The notes under the pieces were generated by a model. It was not told the origin of the DNA, did not search any database, and saw nothing but the letters and a program-made list of their open reading frames with translations. From Octopus bimaculoides (taxonomy: Eukaryota), in assembly GCF_001194135.2 (NCBI RefSeq), contig NC_068982.1:125709245-125764072 (forward strand): a DNA stretch of 54,828 nucleotides, read 5' to 3'. Position 1 is the first letter of the stretch. Every line of letters begins with the position of its first letter. Both the position numbers and the translations under genes were made by a program. Shown here piece by piece: positions 23,559-36,334 of the stretch.

Positions 23559-24569
23559 TCTGTTTCAACACACGATTTCATATCAGGAATATTGCAACAC
23601 AAATCCATAAACGTATTATAATGATTTCTTTTATTTGCCACCAGGGCGAAGGATGAGGAGGACAATACAGAGACAGACGTAAATCGTGGTGGCTTACATA
23701 AAATGAAATGATAAATAAACGGTATACAATAAGACAAAGAAGGGAAGCATACATAGCATGCAATAGTAAAACGAAAGGGGGTAGAAAAAAGGATGATAGC
23801 GATGTAGTCCTCTTGATACAGAAGACCCCTAAAGATAATCAAGCAACCGCCACAGGCCAAGATCTTACTGATAGTAATAAAAGTGTCTAGATATTTCAGG
23901 ATTTTGTTCTCATATAATGTCAAACAGTTTCTATTCTCGCTCCCGCCTCCGTTGTATTTCCATGTTTATTCAAGTTGAATAGTTTGGAGTTTTTTCTTCC
24001 CTTTTTATATTGCTTATTTTTGTTAAAAATGTTTTGTCTGTCTCTTAAAACAAGGAAGTAAAACACTCCTTCTGAAGCGTAAGCGTGGCTGTGTGATAGG
24101 AAGTTGCTCAAAAAAAGAAAACAATTCATAGATTTTAAAAAAAATGTTTCCATAAAAAAAACTTTCCGCGCCCCCATCATTTTGAAGTGCGTGGTGAAAG
24201 AATAAAAAAAAAACTGAAAAAGCCCCGTCAAAACGGAGAAAATTCAACTTATATGGGCAACGGGCAACCTACTCCAGACCTCCGCCTATATGCAGTGAGA
24301 GGATACGCATGTATATATATAGAATATTTCGCTACATTTTCACACCGCATGACCTGAAATCATGCATTTAAATTCGCAAACATCACATACACAAAATATG
24401 CACGCACAAAGTTTCATTATGTTGGGTGTTTTTGTACTGATTGACTATTTAGAACAATTATTAATCAGCTCGTTACTCTGATTTAGAGGAAGAATGAATT
24501 ATAGTTCACACTTCAAAGATACACTGTATCGTTATTAAAAGTTAGTATAAAGCAACTAAATAAGAAAGA

Positions 24570-27374
24570 AAGCTTTGAAATAGCTGAAAAGGCGATTAGA
24601 ATAGAATTACTAAGATTTAGTAAAGGACTAGCGGTAGAAAGAAACAGAGTTGAGTCAGGACTAGTGAGGAAATACGATGAGGCTTTTAGAAAAGGCATCG
24701 CAACCGACGTGCTTGCTGCGAGATTGGAACTCGACCAATTTTTCAATGCGAAAAACGAAGGCTGCGTTATCAGAGCAAAGGACCATGTTCTTAGACACGA
24801 AGAGACAAAAGCCGTTCAATGGGACCGAGTGACAGAGGTACAGCATAGCAATAAAACTATGATCCGATCCTTGCCGGACCACGACGGGCAAATGATAATC
24901 GATCCGAAACAGATGTGTGTGGCTTTTCAGCGGTGCTTCGCTCAACTGCTCAGCAGTAGCGGTGGGCCGGGTAGCAGGATGGACTTCACTCCCTACCTAG
25001 ACGGGCTGCCGCGGCTCTTGGCAACGGAGGCAGAGCGCTGCGAAAGACCGATAACAGCTGTTGACATACGGGAAGCAATAGCTAGCTGCACGAGGGGTTT
25101 GGATGGTTTGCTCTACGAACTTTACGCTTACATGCCAGACTTGTTCGGTGACCTCTTGGTAGATATTTACTGCAACTGGCAACAGAATGGGAGAATTTCC
25201 AGTTTTGTGAGCCGAGGAACGGTGGCGTTGCTGAGAAAATACCTGAACAAGGGGGACTGTATAGACAACTTTAGGCCCACAACTCTACTGAATGCAGAGT
25301 TCAAAATGTTGGCCAAGGTATTGGCTACGAGGTTGGCGCTTGTCGTCGGTGATCTGGTTGGGGAGGCGCAGACATGCGCTATNNNNNNNNNNCTTCAGAT
25401 TTAAATTTTGTGAAGGGATTTGTCTCTTTTTATAGTATTAGTGAATGGGTTGGGGAGGCGCAGACATGCGCTATCTAGAAAAGATCCATCCACGACCACC
25501 TCCATCTGACACGAGTGAGGCCCTGGCACGAGTGAGGCCCTGGCACGAGTGAGGCCCTGGCACGAGTGAGGCCCTGGCACGAGTGAGGCCCTGGTCAATT
25601 TAGATCAGTCTAAAGCTTTCGATAGGGTCGACTATCTATACTTGGCGGCGGTCTTGAAGGCAGCAGGTTTAGGGTCTGTATTCAGAGGCTGAATCGCTGC
25701 AATGCACTGCGACATCTGATCAGTAGTCAGCATGAACGGTCAACTCTCAGAACCGTTCAACATCATGTGTTCAGTCCCCCAAGGCTTCCCCTCTCATCCC
25801 TCTTGTATGTACTGACTCTCGAGTCACTAATACACAATCTGGAGACGTTGAGGAGCATCCCACATAACCTAAGATGTAGGAGATGCGTGTCGACATATGC
25901 TGACGACGTCACCGTAGTGGTGTCAGAAAATAAACACATCGAAATGATCGGTACTGCTCTTAGGGACTACGATGCGGTTTCAGGAGCGGCGATTAACTAG
26001 GAAAAATCAGTGGGCTTATGGCTCGGCACCTAGAGAAGCAGTTCCCTGCCATCCAACTGTGTCGTTGGGCGCTTGATGGACGGACCGGTTAAATTGCTCG
26101 AGATCTGGTTTGGTCCAGACTTCCAGATGGACGAAAACTGGGATGAGGTAACGAACCGAGTGACTACTCTCACTCATAAATGGGACGAGAGGAAGCTATC
26201 TCTGAAAGGTCAGACAGAGGTGGATAACGCGCACATTGCATCCGTCATCTACTACTGCTGGACCGTCATACCTTGTTCCAGCCACCGTCTAAGTTGGAGC
26301 GTATACTCTTCCGCTCCTTGTGGTCAGGTAATCTGTATGCTGTCAACACCTGCTGTGTGGTGGCCTGGGCATGCCGTACTTGATGATGCGCAGACATGCG
26401 CTAAGGCTACAGCATCTCATTGACGGCGCTTCATTGACGATGAGCAGATGTGGTCGCCGTTCGCCAGACACGTATTTCCCCAGCTGGTCTCTTTAACGGA
26501 ACTGCAGTCCTGGGTCAAACAAAAACCGAGAGAGGGTATTTAGGAAGTGGAATGTCTTCAAGCGCTTCCACTCCTCAGCTAGTTGGACACTGCGATAGGC
26601 GGACAGTCCACTTTAGCTTTCTATAGATTAGTGGACGAAAAGTGCGACGACGTTCTTGGAGCGATCTTGGGCGTCGAAGAAGATCAGCTTGCTGCTCTTT
26701 CCCGGATAACTGTCGGCGCGAGACCGATGGATAACTTCCAAAAATATCTTGCATGTCAGTGCCTGTTCGAGCTTTGCCTGTTCGAGAAAACTATACAGGC
26801 ACGGAAGTGCTGTCAGCTGAGCATGATCGTGATGCTTGCAGGCTGATGAGACGGTCTTGCATGCACTCGTCCAGTGGCTGAGCATTGCTGTGGGTTTATA
26901 CCGAACACCTATTGTCGCGTGTGAGATGGATCCAGATGTCAACTGAATCCGTCGTGAAGATCACCCCACCGCTTTCCTAAAGGAAGGGCAAGCTGTCTTT
27001 CTATGCCTGGTGATCATGGCGAAAGAGATTGTATGGAGGACGAGACCAAAGGGGCTGAATACAAACACTTTTCTCTTTGGCCAATCTCTGATCAGCTTCT
27101 TCAGGTTTCACTTGACGAGGAAAATAAGGGTAGAGAGGGAAGCGTTGCCTTCTAGCCAGTTTGCTGAAGGATGGAGGAAGGGAAATGAGAAAAGGCACCT
27201 GCCCCAGAAGTCAGGGCATCCATGATTTTATGGGGNNNNNNNNNNNNNNNNNNNNNNNNNGGGGGGTCTTTCTATGAGCAGCACTCGTACGTCTTCTCCC
27301 TATTGGGGATTATACGTTGTTAATTTGGTTTTTCCCCTATTATGTTAATCTTGTTTACATGTAAAACCCTCACA

Positions 27375-27465
<91 letters not shown>

Positions 27466-27552
27466 TTTTCTCTCTCTCTCACACACACATTGTTTTTTGT
27501 TGTACTTTCCATGTTTTTCTTAATGTAAACCCTTTGTGGTCAATAAAGAAAT
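24570..27552 (+). mobile_element. L1/Tx1-clade LINE, 5'-truncated ORF2 (RT plus C-terminal domain) and 3'UTR, decayed
   Basis: Motifs are NFRPTTLLNAEFKMLAKVLATRL, LVNLDQSKAFDRV, YADD (25896-25907), KLSLKG, DNFQK and DETVLHAL. The 3' end is ccctttgtggtcaataaagaaat. Confidence 0.92.
25510..25594 (+). repeat. 5 perfect copies of the 17-bp unit CACGAGTGAGGCCCTGG
   Basis: The copies are directly visible and lie inside the Tx1 RT region, just before LVNLDQ. Confidence 0.95.
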
Positions 27553-27599
27553 CATTATCATCACCACCACCATCATCATCATCATCATCATCATCGTCG

Positions 27600-27645
<46 letters not shown>
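27358..27645. repeat. Compound microsatellites (CA)n(CT)n and (CAT)n
   Basis: The repeats are directly visible. Confidence 0.95.
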
Positions 27646-28391
27646 TATAAAGCACGTTTCATTTTTAATGATATGTTGTTTATCATCTAAAACATTAGAA
27701 TTATCGGTGGCTTCTTGATTATAGTTGTTTTTTTCACCTTTACACAGTTACAGAAATAATTCACTCCAATGGGAATTTGTAGTTAGATATACATGTGACT
27801 ATGTTCGAGATAAACACGATGGTGTCATGCCTGTAGATAATAAATGTCTGTACACACGTGAATGTAGGTGTAATTATGCACTGCTTATTACATTTAACAG
27901 ACGTAATTAAACAAGAAAAGATACGGCACTTTAGGCAATCAGCTGATGGATGTGTATCATATGGAGTTCTCGAATAAACAGACAATATCATAGTAGTGTC
28001 ACTTGAACTCCGATCTATTGGCAGAGTTAAGTAGATGAAATGGTATGACTCGTCGGTCTTTTGTATTTTTTTTATTCATATATACAAGTATACCTCAACG
28101 TCTGTAGGGAATTGGTTCAGAGAGATACGGCTTTGTTGTGATTTTAGTTTTGATCACGTGATTTTGATTGTCTCGATTGCTGCTATATGCCTGCAGTGCG
28201 GCTGCGCCGAGTTCTGTTCTGTTTGCGGCACGAAGTGTTCAGTGTTGGTTTTAGTTAGTCGAGACTGTAGCAACTCGCTGCATAAAACTGTTATTGCGCT
28301 GAAGTTTGGTTTTGCTTACAATTTAGCAATCTTTGTTTGTATTGTAGATTGCTGTATTTTTAGTCGATTAAATGTTTATAAAACCCAAACT

Positions 28392-29330
28392 CGATCGGGG
28401 CTGCCCAGAGCGGGTGCCAGGCCCATTCGGAGCCGGCGGCGATCGGCGGTGTTTCTTTTCGGCCCGAGAGTCGGGTTGCTTGGGAACGCAGCCCAAAGCG
28501 GGTGGTAAGCTCCATCCAAGGCTAAATACGGGGACGAGTCCGATAGCCGACAAGTACCGCGAGGGAAAGTTGNNNNNNNNNNNNNNNNNNNNNNNNNNNN
28601 NNNNNNNNNNNNNNNNNNNNNNNNNNNNNNNNNNNNNNNNNNNNNNNNNNNNNNNNNNNNNNNNNNNNNNNNNNNNNNNNNNNNNNNNNNNNNNNNNNNN
28701 NNNNNNNNNNNNNNNNNNNNNNNNNNNNNNNNNNNNNNNNNNNNNNNNNNNNNNNNNNNNNNNNNNNNNNNNNNNNNNNNNNNNNNNNNNNNNNNNNNNN
28801 NNNNNNNNNNNNNNNNNNNNNNNNNNNNNNNNNNNNNNNNNNNNNNNNNNNNNNNNNNNNNNNNNNNNNNNNNNNNNNNNNNNNNNNNNNNNNNNNNNNN
28901 NNNNNNNNNNNNNNNNNNNNNNNNNNNNNNNNNNNNNNNNNNNNNNNNNNNNNNNNNNNNNNNNNNNNNNNNNNNNNNNNNNNNNNNNNNNNNNNNNNNN
29001 NGCAGCGAGTCGCGAAAGCGACGCGGCCGCCCGCCTGCTCCTTCTTCTTCTACTTCTTCTACTCGCTCCTCGTCTTCGCGCGTGGTGCTGCAGGAGCGGT
29101 GGTTGTTGGAGGAGTCGGCGGGATCGCCCGAAAAGCCGCCCGCTGCTGCCGGTCAGCGACGAGCATCGGCAACCTACCCGACCCGTCTTGAAACACGGAC
29201 CGAGGAGTCCCAGTCGACTGCGAGTCGTTGGAGCCTTTCACTTCGCGAACTCCGACGGCACAGCGAAAGCGAGAACGTGACACGTCGCCGCTCGGGGGAA
29301 GGGAGTTGGGCCGCTGTCGCAGCAGCCGCC
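28392..29330 (+). rRNA. 28S rRNA gene fragment (D1-D3 region), orphan or pseudogenic, with a central N gap
   Basis: Conserved LSU blocks are gagtcgggttgcttggga..gcagcccaaagcgggtggtaa..ggctaaatac, acaagtaccgcgagggaaagttg and acccgacccgtcttgaaacacggacc.aggagtc, with GC-rich expansion segments between them. No 18S, 5.8S or remaining 28S is present nearby. Confidence 0.92.
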
Positions 29331-29439
29331 ACAGATGCTGCCGCCGTCTCCAAGGGAGAGGAAGATCCTCATGAGACGACGGACGAAGGTGGAAAATCGC
29401 TTCAACCAATACCCCAAAAGTAGTGAAAGGTCCCGCCTA

Positions 29440-31412
29440 AAAACATCACCGACGGAGATAGAAAAAAGCCTGCAATAATCCTTTGAGAGGGATAGAGCAG
29501 ATAAAGAAGCCTAGTTTATAAAAAAAAGCATTAAGTCAAACCCAAAGGACTTCTTTCATTATGCCAAAGAAACAGCCTCAATACGCTGAAAATAGGACCC
29601 TTCTTCCAAAAGGATGGCTCCCTCACAGTTAGCCCAACCGGGATTAGTTCAAAAGTGTCTTTACCACCCCGTTGGAACACAGACAAGTGAACGAATCGGT
29701 GGATTTCTTTGCCGCCTCATCTATAACCAGTGAGGCAGTTACGATGGATTACATCGACATTAGTGAGGAAGATATACTACTAGCCATAGATGAGGTGGAC
29801 GCAAACTCAACTGCTGGCCCCGATTGTTTCTCAGCAATCCTCCTCAAATCGTGTAATCGTGCACTGGCGAAGCCCCTCCAGATTCTCTTTCAGAGTTTCC
29901 TTGCAAATGGTAGGCCGCCAAGTAAATTGAAGGAGAGAATAATATACCCAATCCATAAAGGAGGAAGCAGAGCTGATGCCAAAAATTATAGGCCCATCTT
30001 TCTGACTTCATACATCAGCAATGTCATGGAACGGATAATCAGAATGAAACTAATCGTATTCCTTGAAGAAAACGATTTGCTGAGTGATGCCCAGCATGGC
30101 TTTCGACCAGGTAGGAGCTGCCTGACCCAGTGCCTACAGCACTATGACTGGGTGTTGAGGCAGTTACTCAACAACTCAAATGTCGACATAATATAACTTG
30201 ACTTTGCAAAAGCTTTTGATAAAGTGGACCATGGTATGATATGCCACAAACTGCGTGATCTCGGCATAACTGGAAAACTTGGAGAGTGGTTACGTGACTT
30301 TCTGAAAAGTCAGGCAGTAGTGGCCAATGGAACCACTTCAAAGAAAACGCAAATAGTGAGTGGTGTTCAACAGGGCACTGTCTTGGGACCACTGCTTTTC
30401 ATATTGGCCCTCTCAGATATGCCCTAAGCTGCCCGGATAGCCACCCTTGCTAGCTACGCAGACGACACGAAAGTCTCGCAGAAAAAAAAGTTAGTTACAT
30501 CATCCTAATCAGCGATGTTACATTCCTGCAACAATAGTTAGACTCAATTTACAGCTGAGGACAATGATATGCAGTTTAATGCTGGAAAATTCCAAGCCCT
30601 GCGCTACCAGCGTCCAAAACTGAGTATAAAACTTACAAGATACACTGGTCCACAGGGGATTACAATACCAGAGCCTAAATCAGTGCGGGTTTTGGGTATC
30701 GACATGAGTGATGATACTTCTTTCCAAGTGCACATTGCCAGGATGGTGACAATGCAGACGACTGGCTGGATGGATCCTGAGAACCTTCAGAACCAGAGAG
30801 AAGGAAACCATGATGGTCTTCTGGGAGACATTCGTCTTCAGTTGCCTGGACCACTGCTCCTAGTTATGGTCACCCAACAGTGTAAAATTAACAGAGGACC
30901 TTGAAGCAACCCAGTGAAGCATCACAAGAAGACCGTCTCATTGCAACAGCTCAGCTACTGGGATAGGCTGAAACAACTACGACTACTCCTTGGAGCGAAG
31001 GCGGGAGAGATATGCAGTAGTATACATCTGGAAGATCCTGGAAAGGATTGTGCCAGCTACACAAATGCCAGAACGGGTCGCCACTGCACAGTGCCAAAGA
31101 TCCAAGCAATGTCATCGCACTTCAGGATCTGTTACTGCAATAGCCTGGGTTTCAGGGACCCACACGTTTTTAATATTCCCCCAAAGAGCCTGAGGGACCT
31201 ACACAAAGTGGACCTACACAAATCAGAACTGGATCTTTTCCTGTCGAGAGTCTCAGATGAAGCTACTTCGCGGCAGGGGTGCAAATGAGGGTAGCGACAT
31301 CAAACTCCCTTATTCACCAAATGCCACATATCAGAGGAGGCTCTCAATAATAAAAGTGTAGCATAACGGCCGTGCCCCAGCATGTCCACAGCTTTGAGCT
31401 GAAACTAATAAA
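29440..31412 (+). mobile_element. CR1-like LINE 3' half (RT) with an intact 3' end, decayed
   Basis: Motifs are KSNPKDFFHYA, AGPDCF, NYRPIFLTS, QHGFRPGRSC, YLDFAKAFDKV, SGVQQGTVLGPLLF and YADD (about 30455). The 3' tail is ggccgtgccccagcatgtccacagc..gctgaaactaataaaa. Confidence 0.92.
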
Positions 31413-31417
31413 ACATA

Positions 31418-31566
31418 TGTGGTTAAGACGTTTGCTTTGCTACCACGTAGTTTCAGATTCGCTGCAATAGCGCAGCACTTGAGGTAGGCGCCTTCTACAA
31501 CAGCCCCGGACCGAGCAATGTTATGTGGGTGAATTTAGTAGACGGAAATTGTGTTGAAGCCCACCT

Positions 31567-31602
<36 letters not shown>

Positions 31603-31830
31603 TGTGTGCGCGCGTGCGTGTTCGTGTGAGAACGTTTCCCCCCATCATGGTGCTTGACAACCGGTGCTAGTTTGTTTATGTCCCTGTAACGTAGCGGTTC
31701 ATCAAAAGAAAACTGATAGAATAAGTACCAGACTTTAAAAAAAATTGTACTGGGGTCTATTTGCCCGACTAAACTTTTCAAGGTGGTGCACCAGCATGGC
31801 TGCAGTCCAATGCTTGAAACAAGTAAAAGG
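31418..31830 (+). mobile_element. SINE A (degenerate)
   Basis: It has a head, a central (GT)n tract and the tail aaggtggtgcaccagcatggctgcagtccaatgcttgaaacaagtaaaag. Confidence 0.85.
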
Positions 31831-32329
31831 TAAGCAGAGAAAGTAAAAAAAAATTAAAAAAACAATTAGAAAATGCAGATTTTGTAATTAACTGCTCAAG
31901 TAGTAAGAAGACGATTTGTGTTTGAACAATTAAAATTTATTTACATTGGCAATTTTAAGAGTAGTCATAAAATAAGCAATATACCAAACAAACTGTTGAA
32001 ACAGAATCGAGGTCAAAAGTGTATATGGTGTAATAAATAATTTCTCTAGGACTAGAGGAATTTGGTGTAAGTGAAAATCGTATCAAATCATGTTTGATGT
32101 TATCTTGGAGCATCTAAAAAACGTAGAGTACACACTTGAAGAGGTCATTGCCATAATAAACATATCCATAGATGATCGTCTGTTGTCATGGTAAAATTCA
32201 ATACCTATATCATGAAAGTATATTTAAACATATCAATCAGAGATAAACCTTGATTTCTTACATAACACCGTCACTTTATAAAGAGAATCACTTGTATTTA
32301 CCTTTCTGACTACTCTTGTTCTTTGTGGC

Positions 32330-33000
32330 AAGCTTGCTAGAGTTAGCTCCACCATAAAGGAAAGAAGACTGAGATTGTGTGGACACTGCTATCGTAGCTA
32401 GGATGAAGTAGTGATTGAAATGCTGATGTGAAAGCCAACACGTAAAAAGTGACCTTGCAGTCGATCTACTGGGACATTTATTGACAAGCTGATTAAAGAC
32501 TCTGGACTACTGAAGAGAAATGTAGGAGAGGGAATTCTGGAGAAAATGGTTAATAGTGTTCGTGTGCAGACAACGTGCTAGGTAAGCCTACGCATGTACA
32601 TAGAAACGGAGCAGAATTATAATAAAAGACCTTTAGTGACATTAAAGCTTTCAATGATTGGCCCTTTCCGTCATTGGTAGCCGGTATTGCAGAGACAGTA
32701 ACTTAACCATCTCTGCTGTATCTGGGGTGTTTTCAGAAGTAAGAACCAAGTCCCAAGTACACTTGCCAACTCTTCCATTCATGGATACGGTACGGATGAA
32801 CGACAGATCAATATGTCCGCAACATACGTGGAGCTGCAGAGGATATCATATATTGGTTGAGTACAAGCGTATATATCTGCATTAGGATCCCTCTTTCCGG
32901 ACTTTCTTAGCCTTTTTAAAACGCTCAATAATTCATCCTACAATCCCTTGACACCGTTCATTAAAGATTCAGAAAGTTAGTCAACTGACAAGTGCAACGC
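32330..33000 (-). mobile_element. Possible MULE/Mutator transposase remnant
   Basis: The minus strand, across frames, gives MEELASVLGTW, GSYF*K, PATN and IIESFNVTK, resembling the MULE L..W..YF..W..TNN..ESFN..K signature. Confidence 0.35.
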
Positions 33001-33261
33001 GGAAGAATACGGAAATTTTACAGTGGATAGCTTGATGAGGTTTCTGATATTTAGTGTAACTATCTATAAGTATTGTATATGCCCCGAACAAATGGAGTGC
33101 ATGCAGCAATTAATGATAAACGGTACCGGAAGCTGTACAACTGTACACCATTAAGAAAAGAACAAGAAGTGATGGGAAAACAAATTTATACCTTTTATTG
33201 ACACAACTGAATCCAGCAGTATGGCACTTATGTCTAGCAGTACTTAATTTATGAGCAATGT

Positions 33262-33375
33262 TGTGTTGTCACGAATCTCTCTTCCAAATTATGTGGTTTG
33301 GGGTTCAGTCCCGCTGCATGGCATTTTGGTCTAGTGTCTTTTAGATGATAGATGAAAACTGTGTGGAAGCCCGTC

Positions 33376-33416
<41 letters not shown>

Positions 33417-33620
33417 CGTGTGTACGTGCGTGAGGTTGTGCTTGCGTTTGTCACCACCAATGTTTGACAATTGGTGCTGGTTTGTTTACGTCCATGTGAC
33501 TTGGCGGTACGGTTTGTGAAGCCGACAAAATAATTTCCAGATTTAAAAGTAAGTGCTGGGGGCGGTTTATTCGACTAAGACCTTCAAGGTCGTGCAGCAG
33601 CATGACCGCAGTCATGATAA
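33262..33620 (+). mobile_element. SINE A (degenerate)
   Basis: It contains gggttcagtcccgctgcatggca, aagcccgtcg(TG)n and aaggtcgtgcagcagcatgaccgcagtc. Confidence 0.85.
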
Positions 33621-34418
33621 AAGAAACTACTTGATAAATTAGTATCGTTATTAGCAGCAAAGTCAATATAGTTCTAAGCTTCAGGCTTTAAAGATGTCAT
33701 CGGTTCGACTCTTTCAACTGCGTTACGATGAATATCAGGCGTTGAAAACTAAGTAATTATATCCTCTTAGCAGTAAATGAATACCGAGAGGAACATACAG
33801 CTAAGTTATATAACCGAATGCTATCTAACGCTTTAACTCTATTTACTCTCGGTTCTAATAAATCATAATAAATCCTTTTATCATTTACACCTATAGCTTC
33901 TGTACATGGCGCACGCATCCGCTGCTGGGAATTTTCTGAACATCTTACTTAATCTGCCTACAATTATGATTGGTCGATTGTAGCCCAGCCCACATTCAGA
34001 GCACTGATTGTTTGAAGATGTTCAGTCAACCGTGTCAGCCTTAACTTACGACATCAAACATTGTCACTTGACACATATTGTCACTTGATACACGGATGTA
34101 GCGAGGAACCTACAAAAATGTCTAAGACCAATCACGTAACTATCCTCTATCAATCAAATCCTATTCAAAACACACTAATTTGAACCATGAACTCCTGATA
34201 AAAATAGGGCAAGCTTCAATCACTAGTGAGAAGCAAGACAGCTGTGACATAAGCCACGACGTCGTATTTTTAATTCTTGAAAATCAGTGTAAACTGAAAC
34301 CTGTTAAATCTTTAACTATAATAATGAAAAATATTTTCACTATTCTCAGTGCATTTTCAACTTCTATTTTTCCTACATTTCTACCTGTGTGGAATAAAAT
34401 AACTTTCTTTCTCCCTCT

Positions 34419-34482
<64 letters not shown>

Positions 34483-34519
34483 CTCTCTCTCACACACACA
34501 CATATACCTACGACATCTT

Positions 34520-34790
34520 GGTACATCTACCAGGACATCCCCTTCTTTATGCCGAATTGCTAAGTTACGGAGACGTAAATATACCAACACCGGTTGTCAA
34601 GCGGTGGTAGACACACACACACACACATACGACGGACTTCTTTCAGTTTCCATCTATCAAATCCACTCACAAGATTTTGATCGGCCCGAGGCTATAGTAG
34701 AAGACACTTGCCCAAGGTGTCACGCAGTATGACTGAACCTGGAACAGTGTGGTTGGGAAGCAAGCTTCATGGCACACAGCCACGCCTCCA
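34520..34790 (-). mobile_element. SINE A
   Basis: It is the reverse complement of the head and core (gacacttgcccaaggtgtcacgcag, aaatccactcacaag). Confidence 0.85.
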
Positions 34791-34849
34791 TCCATCAATC
34801 CATCCATCCATCCCTCCATCCATCCATATACACATACATACATATCATG

Positions 34850-35312
34850 GACCGACAACCGGATTACTACCTCCCACATTGAAGAGTATGCATTTGCTAT
34901 CCAGGAACAGGAAATATCAACCAAATACCTGGTGCACAAAAGGGGTAGAGATGCAGGAAAAAACTGTAAAAAAATGACAACCGATGCAGACTTTGTGGAG
35001 TTAACACCGAAGATAACACCCACATCATAAGTAGTTGTCCGAAAACGTCATCACAGTAATATCTACCAATTAGATATGATGTTGTAGCTAGGACACTGTA
35101 CAACGAGATCCGTCGAAAGAATAACCCCGGGGACAAAGAAATAAGAACCCACAGTAAGGTGGAAAGCATAGCCACCCATAATAAAAAGGAGTACTGGTGG
35201 AATGACTCGGTGAAAACCTCAATAAAATTAAAACACAATAGACTTGTTATAATGATGTGGGATAGAGAAGAGAAACTGTAGTTGTGGAAATCAGCTGCTC
35301 AGCGGATGTTAA
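34850..35312 (+). mobile_element. R4/NeSL-like non-LTR retrotransposon C-terminal fragment (CCHC plus restriction-like endonuclease)
   Basis: It reads FAIQEQEISTKY, CRLCGVNTEDNTHIISSC, RYDVVA, EYWWNDSVKT and HNRLVIMMWD. Confidence 0.8.
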
Positions 35313-35315
35313 CAT

Positions 35316-35612
35316 AGGCGCAGGAGTGGCTGTGTGGTAAGTAGTTTTCTTACTAACCACATGGTTTCGGGTTCAGTCTCACTGCCTGGCACCTTGGGCA
35401 AGTGTCTTTTACTATAGCCACGTGCCGACCAAAGCCTTGTGAGTGGATTTGGTAGATGGAAAGTGAAAGAAGTCCGTCGTATATATGTATATATATATGT
35501 GTATGTGTGTGTGTCTGTGTTTGTCCCCCAACATCGCTTGACAACCGGTTCGGCAAAAGAAAACGATAGAATACGTACTAGGCTTACAAAGAATAAGTTC
35601 TGGGGTCGATTT
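35316..35612 (+). mobile_element. SINE A, near-consensus head
   Basis: It contains ggcgcaggagtggctgtgtggtaag, ggttcagtc, ccttgggcaagtg and gtcctggggtcgatt-like sequence. Confidence 0.9.
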
Positions 35613-35911
35613 GCTAATCATTTTAAGGATACGTAAGATTACATTATCTTCAATGTGTCTTTTTCTTCCCTAAAACGGTAGGATGTGTTATAAGGGAAAT
35701 TTGATTGCTATTTTTAGCAACCGAATCGACCGATCACGTAAAGGTTCCCTCGATAAATCGTTTAGCTGATGTCTATTTATTTCAAAACCGATATTATATT
35801 GTTTATCTGAGAAATAATTAAGTACTGGACCGCCGAGAAACACTTGGAGACGCAGAAGAAATCTGCTTTCAGAATCTGAGAAGAGCCTTCCTCACCCACA
35901 ATTGATGGGGG

Positions 35912-36021
<110 letters not shown>

Positions 36022-36334
36022 TCTCTGAGAGATAGCCACGAGCTTCTTGTACCTCTGCATTGTTATTGGCCCTGGTTAGGTATAAAGTTCTTCCACACTA
36101 GACGTCGTTAAATTGCGGCATCTAACAACAGCTCAAGTGTGATCCAGCGTCTTCTCTCACTTTCTTCCTTCTATTAAATGACTTATTCAATATCATTTCT
36201 AATCAACAATACATGCGCTTTCCTCCATAGCCGTATATGCATCGTCAACTCAAAAAACATTATCTGTTGCTCAGCCTATTTTTAAAAACATCTCTCTTGA
36301 ACTTTTAGTTTCATAAGATCGATTATCCAGTTGC

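Noticed and set aside
25359-25474. Duplication of GGGGAGGCGCAGACATGCGCTAT either side of a 10-N gap
   Set aside because: It is most likely contig-end overlap or scaffolding artefact rather than a biological duplication.
28372-29280. 302-aa ORF
   Set aside because: It overlaps 28S rRNA sequence and an N gap, so it is not protein-coding.
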